Shown: positions 5,870-14,971 of the stretch, one piece after another
How positions within the stretch are numbered: the stretch's first letter is position 1
Layout: each line of letters starts with the position of its first letter
Virus record (IMG/VR): IMGVR_UViG_3300024518_004509
Reading direction: 5' to 3' (one strand)
DNA from: an uncultured virus (IMG/VR IMGVR_UViG_3300024518_004509)
Taxonomy: Duplodnaviria > Heunggongvirae > Uroviricota > Caudoviricetes
Length of the DNA stretch: 20,000 nt
Notes under the pieces: model-generated
What the model saw: the letters and a program-made list of their open reading frames with translations, nothing else
Databases searched by the model: none
What the model was told of the DNA's origin: nothing
Program-made: the position numbers and the translations under genes

Positions 5870-6429
5870 TATTTCTTAGGTTTTATAAGATTTGATACTC
5901 CTGTAACTATGTTGGCAGGTCCGGTAGCTACTTGTATGATCGGTTTTAAAAACTTCCATATAGTAGGCCACAAAAAGATAAATAGAGCAAGCCACAAATA
6001 CCAAGGCATTGTTGTAATCTTCTTCTTAAAGTATTCATTTTGCTGCTCTTCAAAAGTCTTTTCAATCTTTTCACTCTCATTGACATCTGTCTTCTCAGAG
6101 GATGTCTCACCGATCTTAAATTCTTCTATGAGTTCTCGTGTCTTTTGGTCGTAGTAACGCTTGTAGGAATTGTCTCCTGAGCTCTTGGACGTATTCATAG
6201 CTGAAAGCAATGCATCAAATCTTGCATCCATCTCAGCGTTACCAGTCTGTGGTACTGGTGTGACGATCTTATCATCAATTGCCTTGTTGGTATCCTTGGT
6301 TGAAACAGAGTCTTTTACCTTTTCAGATTTATCTACTTCCTTTGTAGCAATAGAAGATTCACTAACCGTTTTAGAACCTAAACAATTAGTGAATATTACC
6401 AATATAATTATATAAAATAAATTTTTCAT
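5869..6429 (-). CDS. Lipoprotein with C-terminal TM helix; unimolecular spanin-like
   Basis: Signal MKNLFYIIILVIFTN-C, a hydrophilic linker, then WYLWLALFIFLWPTIW; located in the lysis cassette. Confidence 0.65.
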   Translation of the reverse strand: MKNLFYIIILVIFTNCLGSKTVSESSIATKEVDKSEKVKDSVSTKDTNKAIDDKIVTPVPQTGNAEMDARFDALLSAMNTSKSSGDNSYKRYYDQKTRELIEEFKIGETSSEKTDVNESEKIEKTFEEQQNEYFKKKITTMPWYLWLALFIFLWPTIWKFLKPIIQVATGPANIVTGVSNLIKPKK

Positions 6430-6815
6430 TGTTCTTTGAGTTGTCTGATTTCATCTTTAATCTGATACATTTGGTCAGCATTCAATATTACAATTGAATC
6501 TGTTCTTTTTCTCGCTTTAGCTTCTTCCAATCGTAATTCTACTTCCAGTTTATAGAGAGAATCTCTCTTGTTTCTTGATTTTATCCTATGAGTTTTTTCA
6601 ACACTATCAAGAATATAAGCTCGCATGTTTTGAGCAGGAGAAGGTTGTTGATCCATGTAAGATTCAGTTTCAATCCTCTTTTCTGGTGTAGTAAATAACC
6701 TACTTTCTTTTTCTACACTAATTCCACCCTGAGTGAAAATCCACCCAATAGCCCCTATCACAGCCATCAAGACAGCATATAATATCCAATATTTTTTTAA
6801 ATTATTCATTACCAT
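6426..6815 (-). CDS. N-terminally anchored membrane protein (holin/antiholin- or i-spanin-like)
   Basis: TM segment YWILYAVLMAVIGAIGWIF followed by a charged helical domain; overlaps both neighbours. Confidence 0.55.
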   Translation of the reverse strand: MVMNNLKKYWILYAVLMAVIGAIGWIFTQGGISVEKESRLFTTPEKRIETESYMDQQPSPAQNMRAYILDSVEKTHRIKSRNKRDSLYKLEVELRLEEAKARKRTDSIVILNADQMYQIKDEIRQLKEQ

Positions 6816-7393
6816 TCTTTTAAAAGTGCATAATCAACAGTTCTTGCTCGCGCCCAAGTTGCTTTTATCAAAGCCCTGTAATCAGTCATTCTGTTCCAGA
6901 CCTGACAGGCAAAGCTCCACCCATTGATATTTTGTTTTATAGCTGTACTGAAAGGGTCATAATCCACTCCATGCATATTGGCCCATATATTCGCATAGTA
7001 TAGTTTTCCCTGCTCTTCAGCCTTGGAATCCTTGTCACTATCCCTGTAATAGTAAATAGGTTTGTTGGCTCTAAGAGCCTTCATCCTTCCTTTATGGTAG
7101 CCAGGCTTAAAACAATCCAGTACAAATTGATTTGTCTTCCACACTGCAGCTCCACTCAAATTGTATTGATTGAAGTAGAACAATACTGTCTTTCCTGCGT
7201 TGGTGGTACCGGTACTCCACATGACAAATTTAGATCCATCATACACATAGAACTTATCATCAAATATATTGAAATAATCTTCCAATGATTGAACCCCTAT
7301 AACAAGGTATTTACCTCTGTTGGGAATAGTTCCTCCTACTTCTTCAACTCTTTCCAAGAGTTCTTTGTCTGTGAATTGTCTTACTGCACTCAT
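6809..7393 (-). CDS. Putative endolysin with a YkuD/L,D-transpeptidase-like His...Cys motif
   Basis: Soluble protein flanked by membrane genes. NMHG-x17-SFACQV resembles the HxX14-17(S/T)HGC catalytic motif. Confidence 0.55.
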   Translation of the reverse strand: MSAVRQFTDKELLERVEEVGGTIPNRGKYLVIGVQSLEDYFNIFDDKFYVYDGSKFVMWSTGTTNAGKTVLFYFNQYNLSGAAVWKTNQFVLDCFKPGYHKGRMKALRANKPIYYYRDSDKDSKAEEQGKLYYANIWANMHGVDYDPFSTAIKQNINGWSFACQVWNRMTDYRALIKATWARARTVDYALLKEW

Positions 7394-7659
7394 TAATCAA
7401 GTTTATTTTCAATTCTGTCTAATTGGTCCTTTATATACTTGAATTCTTTTTCAAGTTCTATCCTAGGTACAAATACTTCTATTTTCTTTTCGAAAGGCAT
7501 ATGAACTGTTTCATCTCCTGCATGTACCTGCAGTACTTCAATATCATCATCAGTCTTTTGTTTCCAAGAAGATAAGTTTATAATAATACCTATAAGTAAT
7601 ATTAAATTAATTCCTGAAAACCAATTCTGTTTGATATAATTTTTCGTTGCTTGTGTCAT
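7393..7659 (-). CDS. Single-TM coiled-coil protein, holin/XhlA-like
   Basis: TM segment GINLILLIGIIINL; C-terminus IKDQLDRIENKLD; TAATG-coupled to the endolysin candidate. Confidence 0.55.
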   Translation of the reverse strand: MTQATKNYIKQNWFSGINLILLIGIIINLSSWKQKTDDDIEVLQVHAGDETVHMPFEKKIEVFVPRIELEKEFKYIKDQLDRIENKLD

Positions 7660-7671
7660 ATCCCTTATATT

Positions 7672-8034
7672 TTAATGTTTGTTTTTATGTGAATGATGTG
7701 GATTATCTTCAGAATAAAATTCTGACTCTGAACCTGAACCCCCAAATTTATTATTAGCTTTACCCATCCAGTCCTTGCCTAATTTGGCCATCGCCTGAAC
7801 ATGATTGAGCCAGTATATTCCAAGTATATAAAGCAACGCTATAAAACCCCACATGTCACCACTGATCTTACCCCCATCAACAAGCCAGGTTGCAATGATA
7901 AGAACCTGCAATTTCCTGCTCATGGTTTTACCTAACAGCAAATCAATAATAGGTTTTGTTACTTTTTTCTCTGTAACATCTAACACTTTGTTAGTAAAAT
8001 CCTTTGTTCCTTGTAGTGTCATAATAGCATGCAA
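7672..8034 (-). CDS. Putative holin (two hydrophobic segments)
   Basis: SRKLQVLIIATWLV...WGFIALLYILGIYWL; first gene of the lysis cassette. Confidence 0.55.
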   Translation of the reverse strand: MHAIMTLQGTKDFTNKVLDVTEKKVTKPIIDLLLGKTMSRKLQVLIIATWLVDGGKISGDMWGFIALLYILGIYWLNHVQAMAKLGKDWMGKANNKFGGSGSESEFYSEDNPHHSHKNKH

Positions 8035-8055
8035 GTTACGATTAATATTTAAATT

Positions 8056-8406
8056 TTATGGGCATGCAAATTTGTTTGCCACTACCCCTGTTCCTAATCC
8101 TATATTCCCTTGAGACCCTCCACCTAATTGGTAATATTTAATTGCATTTCCGGGATGTGTTGTCAACCCACCTGCATTTGTATATATAATATCGCCATTA
8201 ACTGGGTATGCTCCAACTCCATCATGCCACATTTGAGTATCTTCTGCATCAGCACAAGCTTGTGTAGGTGTAGTCCAAGCCCCACTTCCCATTAAGAAAG
8301 ATGTAAGTCCTCCCCATATTAAGTTAGAACCCTGATACACAGCACTTATTTGTGTAGAGCCCAGTTTGATATCTGGTATGTCCGTGGATCCTATCTTTAT
8401 ACTCAT
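8056..8406 (-). CDS. Small tail-fibre tip/partner protein
   Basis: N-terminus IKIGSTDIPDIKLGSTQISAVYQGSNLIW is the type of module seen after fibres ending in T-x-AEY...TLY; ATGA overlap with the upstream fibre gene. Confidence 0.6.
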   Translation of the reverse strand: MSIKIGSTDIPDIKLGSTQISAVYQGSNLIWGGLTSFLMGSGAWTTPTQACADAEDTQMWHDGVGAYPVNGDIIYTNAGGLTTHPGNAIKYYQLGGGSQGNIGLGTGVVANKFACP

Positions 8407-10901
8407 ATCACAAAATAAAGGGTGTTGGCATCCGGTGTCCCTATTGCACCATACTCAGCTGATGTAAGGGTTATAATTTTTTGTGCGTCAGGATGAGATG
8501 AGTACGTATCTGTATCATTCATCACAAGTTCTGTCTCATCCGATATTTGACTGGTTGATATACTCAGTGCAGCTTCATGTTGGGTTACACTTGCCTCTGT
8601 GATATTGGCATCTGGAACATTTGCCCAAGTCACTGAAGCTGACAGGTCATTTACTTCAGCTATAGCAGTTATTGCAGCATCCAGATACTCTTTTGTGATA
8701 AGAGCTTTATCTCCACCCCTGTCAATATCCACCATTGCAATATCAGGTGCAAGCAATACATCCTGATCAATATCCACTGACATACTGCTTCCTATTGGAC
8801 GACCTGTAAACCACCCTGCGTGCAGTAATTTATTTCCCCTTGCATTACCATTACCACCTACGTTATAAGAGTATACGCCGAACGGTATAGTGCCAAACGG
8901 CTCATAGTTCAATCCTCTTCGGTACAGGATACTGTCTACCGGTTGAATTGCATCAGGTGTGTGTGAACCATAATTGTTTGGACGCATGATAAAAGTACCT
9001 CCACCACCTGACCAGGAACCATACATCTCAAAATTAAAGTATGCATTGTTTCCGTTGGTAAGCGATATATCCCCACCGTCCACATTAAGGTCTTTTCCGA
9101 TACCTAATCCACCTGCAATTACAACAGCTCCAGTTGAAGAAGATGTGGACTCAGTGACATCCTCAAAGGTTTTCACACCTGCCCAAGTTTGAGCACCAGT
9201 AGTGACAAGTCCTGCCAAGGCATTGGTAGCAGCATTTATTACTGCATTGGTACCTGTATCAGATTCAATGGTTACAGTAGTTGTAGTATATGCTGCTGTA
9301 AGATTTGCAATCCCTACTGCATTGAATGTAATGGTATCTGCAGAAGTTGTTATGGAATCCATACCTGTTCCTGATACGAAAGTAAGTACATCATCATTGT
9401 TATCTGCAACCACTGTAGATTGTCCTGAAACTGCAATGTTCTTGAATATATTTTGAGAAGAACCCTTATCTGTATTGTTGAATGTCAAATCCGTACCAGT
9501 GGACCATACTACTTCAACACCATCTCCGTCTCTGAAATCCACATTGTTTCCTTGTGTGATATTATCTTTGAGTACACCATTTTCATACAATGCCCAAGAG
9601 GTATAATGTGTTGTAGCAATATGTGAGTCTATCTGAGCATGTGTATTAGATCCTATATTAGAAAGCAATGTATGGTCAGTCACACCTAAAGGAGATGTTT
9701 CCCAAGATGGTACGCCTGCTACAACTGTAAGAACTTTACCATTGGCACCTATCGGCAACCTGTCATCTGAAGAACTGTAGTAAAATATGTCACCTTGAGT
9801 AGTAAGTGGGCTTGAATACCCTGCCCCAGTCAAATACTCTCTGGTCACCAGAACCCGACCAGTCGCCTCAGCATCAATCATTGTAGTAGTAAGTGATGGA
9901 GCTATAAGTTCTCCTGCTCGTAGTATATGGAATGCATTGCTTCTTACTATTGCAGGCCAAGGATTTGAACCTGAATATGTACCATTACCCACTACAAGAA
10001 TTCTATCAGTAGCTAATGGTGTACCACCACCACCTGTATATAATTCATTGGCAGCTCCAAACATAGCAGAGCCCCAGTTTGCATCATTGTTCAAACTTAA
10101 CCCAGCTGTAAAAGAGGAAGCTGAAGAAGAATCATTATTGGTCCCAAATGTGTAACACTCAAATAATCCTGTAGCATTACTACTGTATCCGATAGCCCAA
10201 TTATTATAATTAGTAGCAGTATTTTCAAGACCAACTGCCCAAGCCAATGTTCCATTTGCAACACATAGATTACCTTGTACAAAAGACCCCCACCCTGATG
10301 CAATATTATCTTCTCCGAATGCTACTGCAGAAGCACCTGTTGCTCCAAGCAATCCTGTTACGTCAGCATATCGAGAACTGAAATCTATGGCTTGATCTCC
10401 TATATTACCAAAGTGTGTAGGGTTTCTTCCTATAAGTCTCCAACCTGTATTTGTAGGTTCTTGAATAGCTTCCAGACCTGAATTTACATAACCTGGATGT
10501 GTATGATCCCCGGGTGCCGCAACTGTTGAGGTAGCCCCAAGAGCCACACCAATTGAATCTGCGCCCACCACAATGGTACCTATCGTACCTGCTGAGCCTG
10601 CATGGGATACCACATCAACAACCGGATCCGATGCCGTACCGGTATCTACCAGTCCATCACCTGCTGTTACACTTGCAACACCTGCACCTGAAGCTGTAAT
10701 GGTAAGCTGAGAACCTACCCAATTAAATGTGATACCTGTTCCTTCTACTAATTTCCCACTTGCTCCATCGCCCATAAGGAAATCCTCTGCACCTGCAGCA
10801 TCTTTAATGAATCGTGCTGCAAGGACATCTTGCCCATGAGCATCTACAAGCCCCAGAGCGTATAAGGTATCAATTACTGTTAATGTATAATGCGAAGCCA
10901 T
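8403..10901 (-). CDS. Tail fibre protein, 832 aa, with YadA-head-like repeats
   Basis: AVAFGEDNIASG-type repeats, AGLVTTGAQTWAGVKTF, TGAVVIAGGLGIGKDLNV, and C-terminal LTSAEYGAIGTPDANTLYFVI. Confidence 0.8.
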   Translation of the reverse strand: MASHYTLTVIDTLYALGLVDAHGQDVLAARFIKDAAGAEDFLMGDGASGKLVEGTGITFNWVGSQLTITASGAGVASVTAGDGLVDTGTASDPVVDVVSHAGSAGTIGTIVVGADSIGVALGATSTVAAPGDHTHPGYVNSGLEAIQEPTNTGWRLIGRNPTHFGNIGDQAIDFSSRYADVTGLLGATGASAVAFGEDNIASGWGSFVQGNLCVANGTLAWAVGLENTATNYNNWAIGYSSNATGLFECYTFGTNNDSSSASSFTAGLSLNNDANWGSAMFGAANELYTGGGGTPLATDRILVVGNGTYSGSNPWPAIVRSNAFHILRAGELIAPSLTTTMIDAEATGRVLVTREYLTGAGYSSPLTTQGDIFYYSSSDDRLPIGANGKVLTVVAGVPSWETSPLGVTDHTLLSNIGSNTHAQIDSHIATTHYTSWALYENGVLKDNITQGNNVDFRDGDGVEVVWSTGTDLTFNNTDKGSSQNIFKNIAVSGQSTVVADNNDDVLTFVSGTGMDSITTSADTITFNAVGIANLTAAYTTTTVTIESDTGTNAVINAATNALAGLVTTGAQTWAGVKTFEDVTESTSSSTGAVVIAGGLGIGKDLNVDGGDISLTNGNNAYFNFEMYGSWSGGGGTFIMRPNNYGSHTPDAIQPVDSILYRRGLNYEPFGTIPFGVYSYNVGGNGNARGNKLLHAGWFTGRPIGSSMSVDIDQDVLLAPDIAMVDIDRGGDKALITKEYLDAAITAIAEVNDLSASVTWANVPDANITEASVTQHEAALSISTSQISDETELVMNDTDTYSSHPDAQKIITLTSAEYGAIGTPDANTLYFVI

Positions 10902-10913
10902 ATTTTTATATCT

Positions 10914-13871
10914 TTAATATCCTAATAACCAACTTGTAGCTGTTATTTTTCTAATTGTTCTCATTCCATATTGAGGAATTGTTAAACCTCCTAATTCTGT
11001 ATTCAATGTATCTGTAGTTATACTTACAGTTACTACCCCAGTTCCTTTATTAGCTAATACTATTTCAGTTCCTATTGGAAAAGCAACAGAAGCATTTGCA
11101 GGAATTACACATGAAATTGCACCTGCATTACTCATAGTTACAATTGTATCTCTATCAGCTAATGCAAGATTTCTTGTAGTAGAAACATCATCACTTACAG
11201 CTTTATGTGACTGTATAGCTCCTGCTATTTCAACTTGTACAAGACCACTATGACTCGCTTCAAAATTATCATAACCAATTCCTATTTCTCCACCTTTTAA
11301 TATTGTAAAAGCATCATGCCTTGTTCCAACTGCTGTACCTATTCCTATATTAAATAGTCTATCATCATTATCCCATGCAAATGTAGAACCAGGAGTGTAA
11401 GCTGTTCCCCATTGCCCCATTGAAATTTCAAAGTAAGAGTAGGCATTTGTATCTCCATCAGTACCTATTGCAATAGATTTACTACCAGACGATACTGCAA
11501 AAGCACCTAAAGCTACTGACCTGTATCCTGACGCAGTTGAACTGACACCTATGGCAATACCACCACTACCAGTACCACCTGATGCAGCTGATTTACCTAT
11601 TGCAATTCCCTGTGATTGAGCAACTGATGCTCCTGAGCCTATTGCTATTGCTCCATCTCCTGCTGCGCCTGCACTTGATACCGTTGCCCCAGTAATTGCT
11701 CCACCACCAATTGCTATGGAATCATTTCCTCCAGCATCCGAGTTTTTACCAAAAGCTACAGCATTTATTCCTCCTGCATCTGCTGAAGAACCTATAGCTA
11801 CTGCACTTACTGCATCTGCCAATGTACCATCTCCAATAGTAATAGCATAAGAAGATGTGGCCGAACCACTACCCAATGCTATACTTTCTGATCCACTTGA
11901 TAAAGCACTGTACCCAAATGCAATTGCATCTGAGGCTGTAGCTTCTGCACCATCCCCAATAGCTACAGAATAATCTCCTGATGCAACTGTTCCATATCCT
12001 ATTGCTGTTGCATTTTGTCCTGATGCTTCTACATCTTCTCCTGCTGCAAAAGATGCATATCCGGTAGCTCCAAATACACTGGAAACTCCACTAGAGTATG
12101 ATAGATCTACTGCGAATTGTCCTACGTTTCCATAATTACCAGCAGTTCTACCTGCAATTACCAGACCATCACCATTACCCTCATCCAATAATTCTGTTCC
12201 ACCTCCACCAGTTGCAGGAACAATCCATTTCAATCCTGTAGGTTCTGTAGCATCAACAGACAATACCATTCCCAACGTAGCACCCACTGCAAGTCTTTGA
12301 TCTGCTGAATCATATGTCCATATATCTCCTTTTGTTGTCAATGGACTGCTGAGTGGTGTTATCCAGGTTCTTGACCCAGCTATAGTTGATGAAAGAACGT
12401 CTCCATCAGAAGATGGATTACCTAGCACCGGTTCATATACTCCAACCGGTACACCACCAATCATTGCAGTCGCCCGTCCTGTAGCTGCTGTGGAAAAATA
12501 TATCTCAGCAGTAGTATCACTCAATGCCCTGATGTATGTAGGATATACCACTTCACCATTAACTGTTTTTGCATCCCATACTGAAAATTGAGGATTCTGA
12601 AATCCCAGTCCATGTACAAAGGTCCATGTCTGTGAAGCAATGTCCTGATCATGTACCACCATTCCTCCTGATACTGCAGAGATGTATGGTCTCCATGCCG
12701 GGTTACCTGCACCATCAGTTGCCCACATGTAATTATAATTTGACCCTCCTGCAGATACATACCCTTCCTGTGCTTGTGTGTTTGCCTGCCATGTATCCGT
12801 ATGGATAGAACCGTCAGCTATATGAGTATCAATCTGTACATGAGTATTTGTACCTATATTGGTCAGAAGTGTGTGGTCTGTAATTCCAGATGACGTGGAA
12901 TTAATTGTCACTTTTCCTCCAGCTCCATAAGATACAGTAATGTCTGTTCCTGCTATGATGTCAAGTATATCACCTGCACCTATAGTAGTTCTTTGCACAC
13001 TATCAGTTTGCAAATTAAAGTAGGCATCAGAAAGCAGAAAATGTATTGTTGAGTCTGCGATATGGGAATCAATCTGAACATGAGTATTGGTTCCGATATT
13101 TGTAAGCAGAGTATGGTCGGTTACACCTATAGTGGATGCATCTACCCAAGTTCTCACTCCTGCTACTGTGGATACAAGAACGTACCCATCACCTGCAGGA
13201 TTATCTAACCACCATTCATAATTATGATTTGAGATAGCATGTGCATAAGCCATATCCCACTCACTTATATCACCAGTTGTAATTGCTTTTACATGTGCCG
13301 GTACAGTAGGGTCAGTTTCAATATAACTGACTACCTGTGTAGTTGGGTTCAATGAAAAATCAGGCGAGAACTCTATGGTCTCACCATCTTCAATAAGTGC
13401 TGAATTTGTACCATCTGTTATGGTAAAGTTACTCATTGTACCTTGAAAAACACCAGTTGAATCGTCAGAACCTACCAAGATATAGTTGATTGCTTCATGT
13501 TCTCTTACCCAAGTCACTATTCCATCTATATCATAAATATCAGCAGGCCAGTGTCCATGTGGACATACTGGATCAGGACACGGATGAGTGTGGTCAATAG
13601 GTGCATAGTTGATAACAAGATAGTCTATAAGGTCTGTCTGATTTGTAATATCACCTGTAATCTCTCCCCATACTGCTCCATAGTTCCTTGGAACCCATTC
13701 AGGTATTTCTGCATGATAGATATAGTCCAACTCTTCATCTATCACATGACAGATCATATGATCATACTTGATGACAATTGCATCCAGTCCGGCATATGTT
13801 GCAACCTGCATCCGTACGTCAATAGGTGCAGGCGCAAGTATGTGGAAATTGGTGTTTAAAAGGATAGACAT
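10914..13871 (-). CDS. Tail fibre/adhesin, 985 aa, with a long YadA/Hep_Hag-like head-repeat block
   Basis: More than 10 consecutive ~14-residue (A/S)(I/V)A(I/L)G repeats (~11450-12060), ETDPTVP, and C-terminal IPANASVAFPIGTEI. Confidence 0.85.
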   Translation of the reverse strand: MSILLNTNFHILAPAPIDVRMQVATYAGLDAIVIKYDHMICHVIDEELDYIYHAEIPEWVPRNYGAVWGEITGDITNQTDLIDYLVINYAPIDHTHPCPDPVCPHGHWPADIYDIDGIVTWVREHEAINYILVGSDDSTGVFQGTMSNFTITDGTNSALIEDGETIEFSPDFSLNPTTQVVSYIETDPTVPAHVKAITTGDISEWDMAYAHAISNHNYEWWLDNPAGDGYVLVSTVAGVRTWVDASTIGVTDHTLLTNIGTNTHVQIDSHIADSTIHFLLSDAYFNLQTDSVQRTTIGAGDILDIIAGTDITVSYGAGGKVTINSTSSGITDHTLLTNIGTNTHVQIDTHIADGSIHTDTWQANTQAQEGYVSAGGSNYNYMWATDGAGNPAWRPYISAVSGGMVVHDQDIASQTWTFVHGLGFQNPQFSVWDAKTVNGEVVYPTYIRALSDTTAEIYFSTAATGRATAMIGGVPVGVYEPVLGNPSSDGDVLSSTIAGSRTWITPLSSPLTTKGDIWTYDSADQRLAVGATLGMVLSVDATEPTGLKWIVPATGGGGTELLDEGNGDGLVIAGRTAGNYGNVGQFAVDLSYSSGVSSVFGATGYASFAAGEDVEASGQNATAIGYGTVASGDYSVAIGDGAEATASDAIAFGYSALSSGSESIALGSGSATSSYAITIGDGTLADAVSAVAIGSSADAGGINAVAFGKNSDAGGNDSIAIGGGAITGATVSSAGAAGDGAIAIGSGASVAQSQGIAIGKSAASGGTGSGGIAIGVSSTASGYRSVALGAFAVSSGSKSIAIGTDGDTNAYSYFEISMGQWGTAYTPGSTFAWDNDDRLFNIGIGTAVGTRHDAFTILKGGEIGIGYDNFEASHSGLVQVEIAGAIQSHKAVSDDVSTTRNLALADRDTIVTMSNAGAISCVIPANASVAFPIGTEIVLANKGTGVVTVSITTDTLNTELGGLTIPQYGMRTIRKITATSWLLGY

Positions 13872-13892
13872 ACTTAACTGTTTAAAATGTTT

Positions 13893-14213
13893 TTATTCTC
13901 CCAAATAAGGTGTTCTCCTTAATGTGAGTCTTATTATTTCTTGACTTATTACACTGTAATTCCAACTTTCTTTTAGTATTCTGTAATCTGGATCCATTTC
14001 AATCAACTTAAACACATTCCCATCAGCTTCTACAGCAAGTCTTAAATATATACATTCATATCTGGTTTCTGAAGCTCTGTGCCAAAGTTCTGTATTTCCC
14101 AACTTTGGATGATGAGAATAGCCATAAACTACAGGTGGTTCTACATATGTAGAATCTTGTGCACTCATTTGAAATGCTATTAGAACGAATATTATAAATA
14201 TTAATTTTTTCAT
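13893..14213 (-). CDS. Secreted protein, 106 aa, Sec signal peptide
   Basis: MKKLIFIIFVLIAFQMSA|Q: basic n-region, hydrophobic core, and Gln at +1 as is usual in Bacteroidota. Confidence 0.7.
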   Translation of the reverse strand: MKKLIFIIFVLIAFQMSAQDSTYVEPPVVYGYSHHPKLGNTELWHRASETRYECIYLRLAVEADGNVFKLIEMDPDYRILKESWNYSVISQEIIRLTLRRTPYLGE

Positions 14214-14971
14214 AATCCAAATCTTGCTTTGTCAATATTAAAATCCCCTAATATATCTGCTGGAGTAAATCCCTCTGAATAGAATTGAACTTGGTTCATT
14301 AATCCATTAAAACTATAATCAGTAAGACCATTTAAAATTGCTAATCTAAAAGAATAGGTTGGAGTAACAATAGCTGTTGTAATAGCAATTGTATTTTTTA
14401 CTACCCCATTTACTAAAATACTAATTACATTATCTTTTCGTGTAACAGAAATTTGATTCCAATTACCAAGAGTTGTTGTAGTTGATGATGTAACTTCTTT
14501 AAGTCCAACTGCATCATAATACGTAAATTTAAGATTATATTCTGTAGTAGATGCATATGTAATGTAAAGAAAAAATCCATCTTCAGCAACTTGAGGGAAA
14601 TTCCAACATCCTAATATAGCTCTTCCACCATATGTATTAGGAGCATATATAGGTTTAACCCAAGTTTTTATTGTGAAATTACCATTTCCAAAATCAGGTT
14701 TATATGTACTCCTCTCACCATAACAATTTGGAATCCAAGTTATATAATCTGGAGTTCCAGCCACTCTTGTTGGCATTTCATTATTTACAGTATTATTTCT
14801 CCAAAGATTTATACTACCAGCTCCACTTCCAGCATAATCAAACCAAATTTTTGCACCTTCATCATAACTAACATCATCAGCTACATCTAAATCATAAAAT
14901 AAATTAGTAATAGGAAGTAAACTTCCAGATGGAATCTGCTGTTGTCTTAATTTTTCTAATAGATGTATCAT
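14210..14971 (-). CDS. LamG/concanavalin A-like domain protein
   Basis: NFTIKTWVKP...GNWNQISVTRK...ILVNGV...FNGLMNQVQFYS matches the LamG-like pattern. Confidence 0.8.
   Translation of the reverse strand: MIHLLEKLRQQQIPSGSLLPITNLFYDLDVADDVSYDEGAKIWFDYAGSGAGSINLWRNNTVNNEMPTRVAGTPDYITWIPNCYGERSTYKPDFGNGNFTIKTWVKPIYAPNTYGGRAILGCWNFPQVAEDGFFLYITYASTTEYNLKFTYYDAVGLKEVTSSTTTTLGNWNQISVTRKDNVISILVNGVVKNTIAITTAIVTPTYSFRLAILNGLTDYSFNGLMNQVQFYSEGFTPADILGDFNIDKARFGL

Noticed and set aside
13953..13961. ACTGTAATT match in the tail region
   Set aside because: It is antisense inside a gene with no following ATG, as expected by chance.
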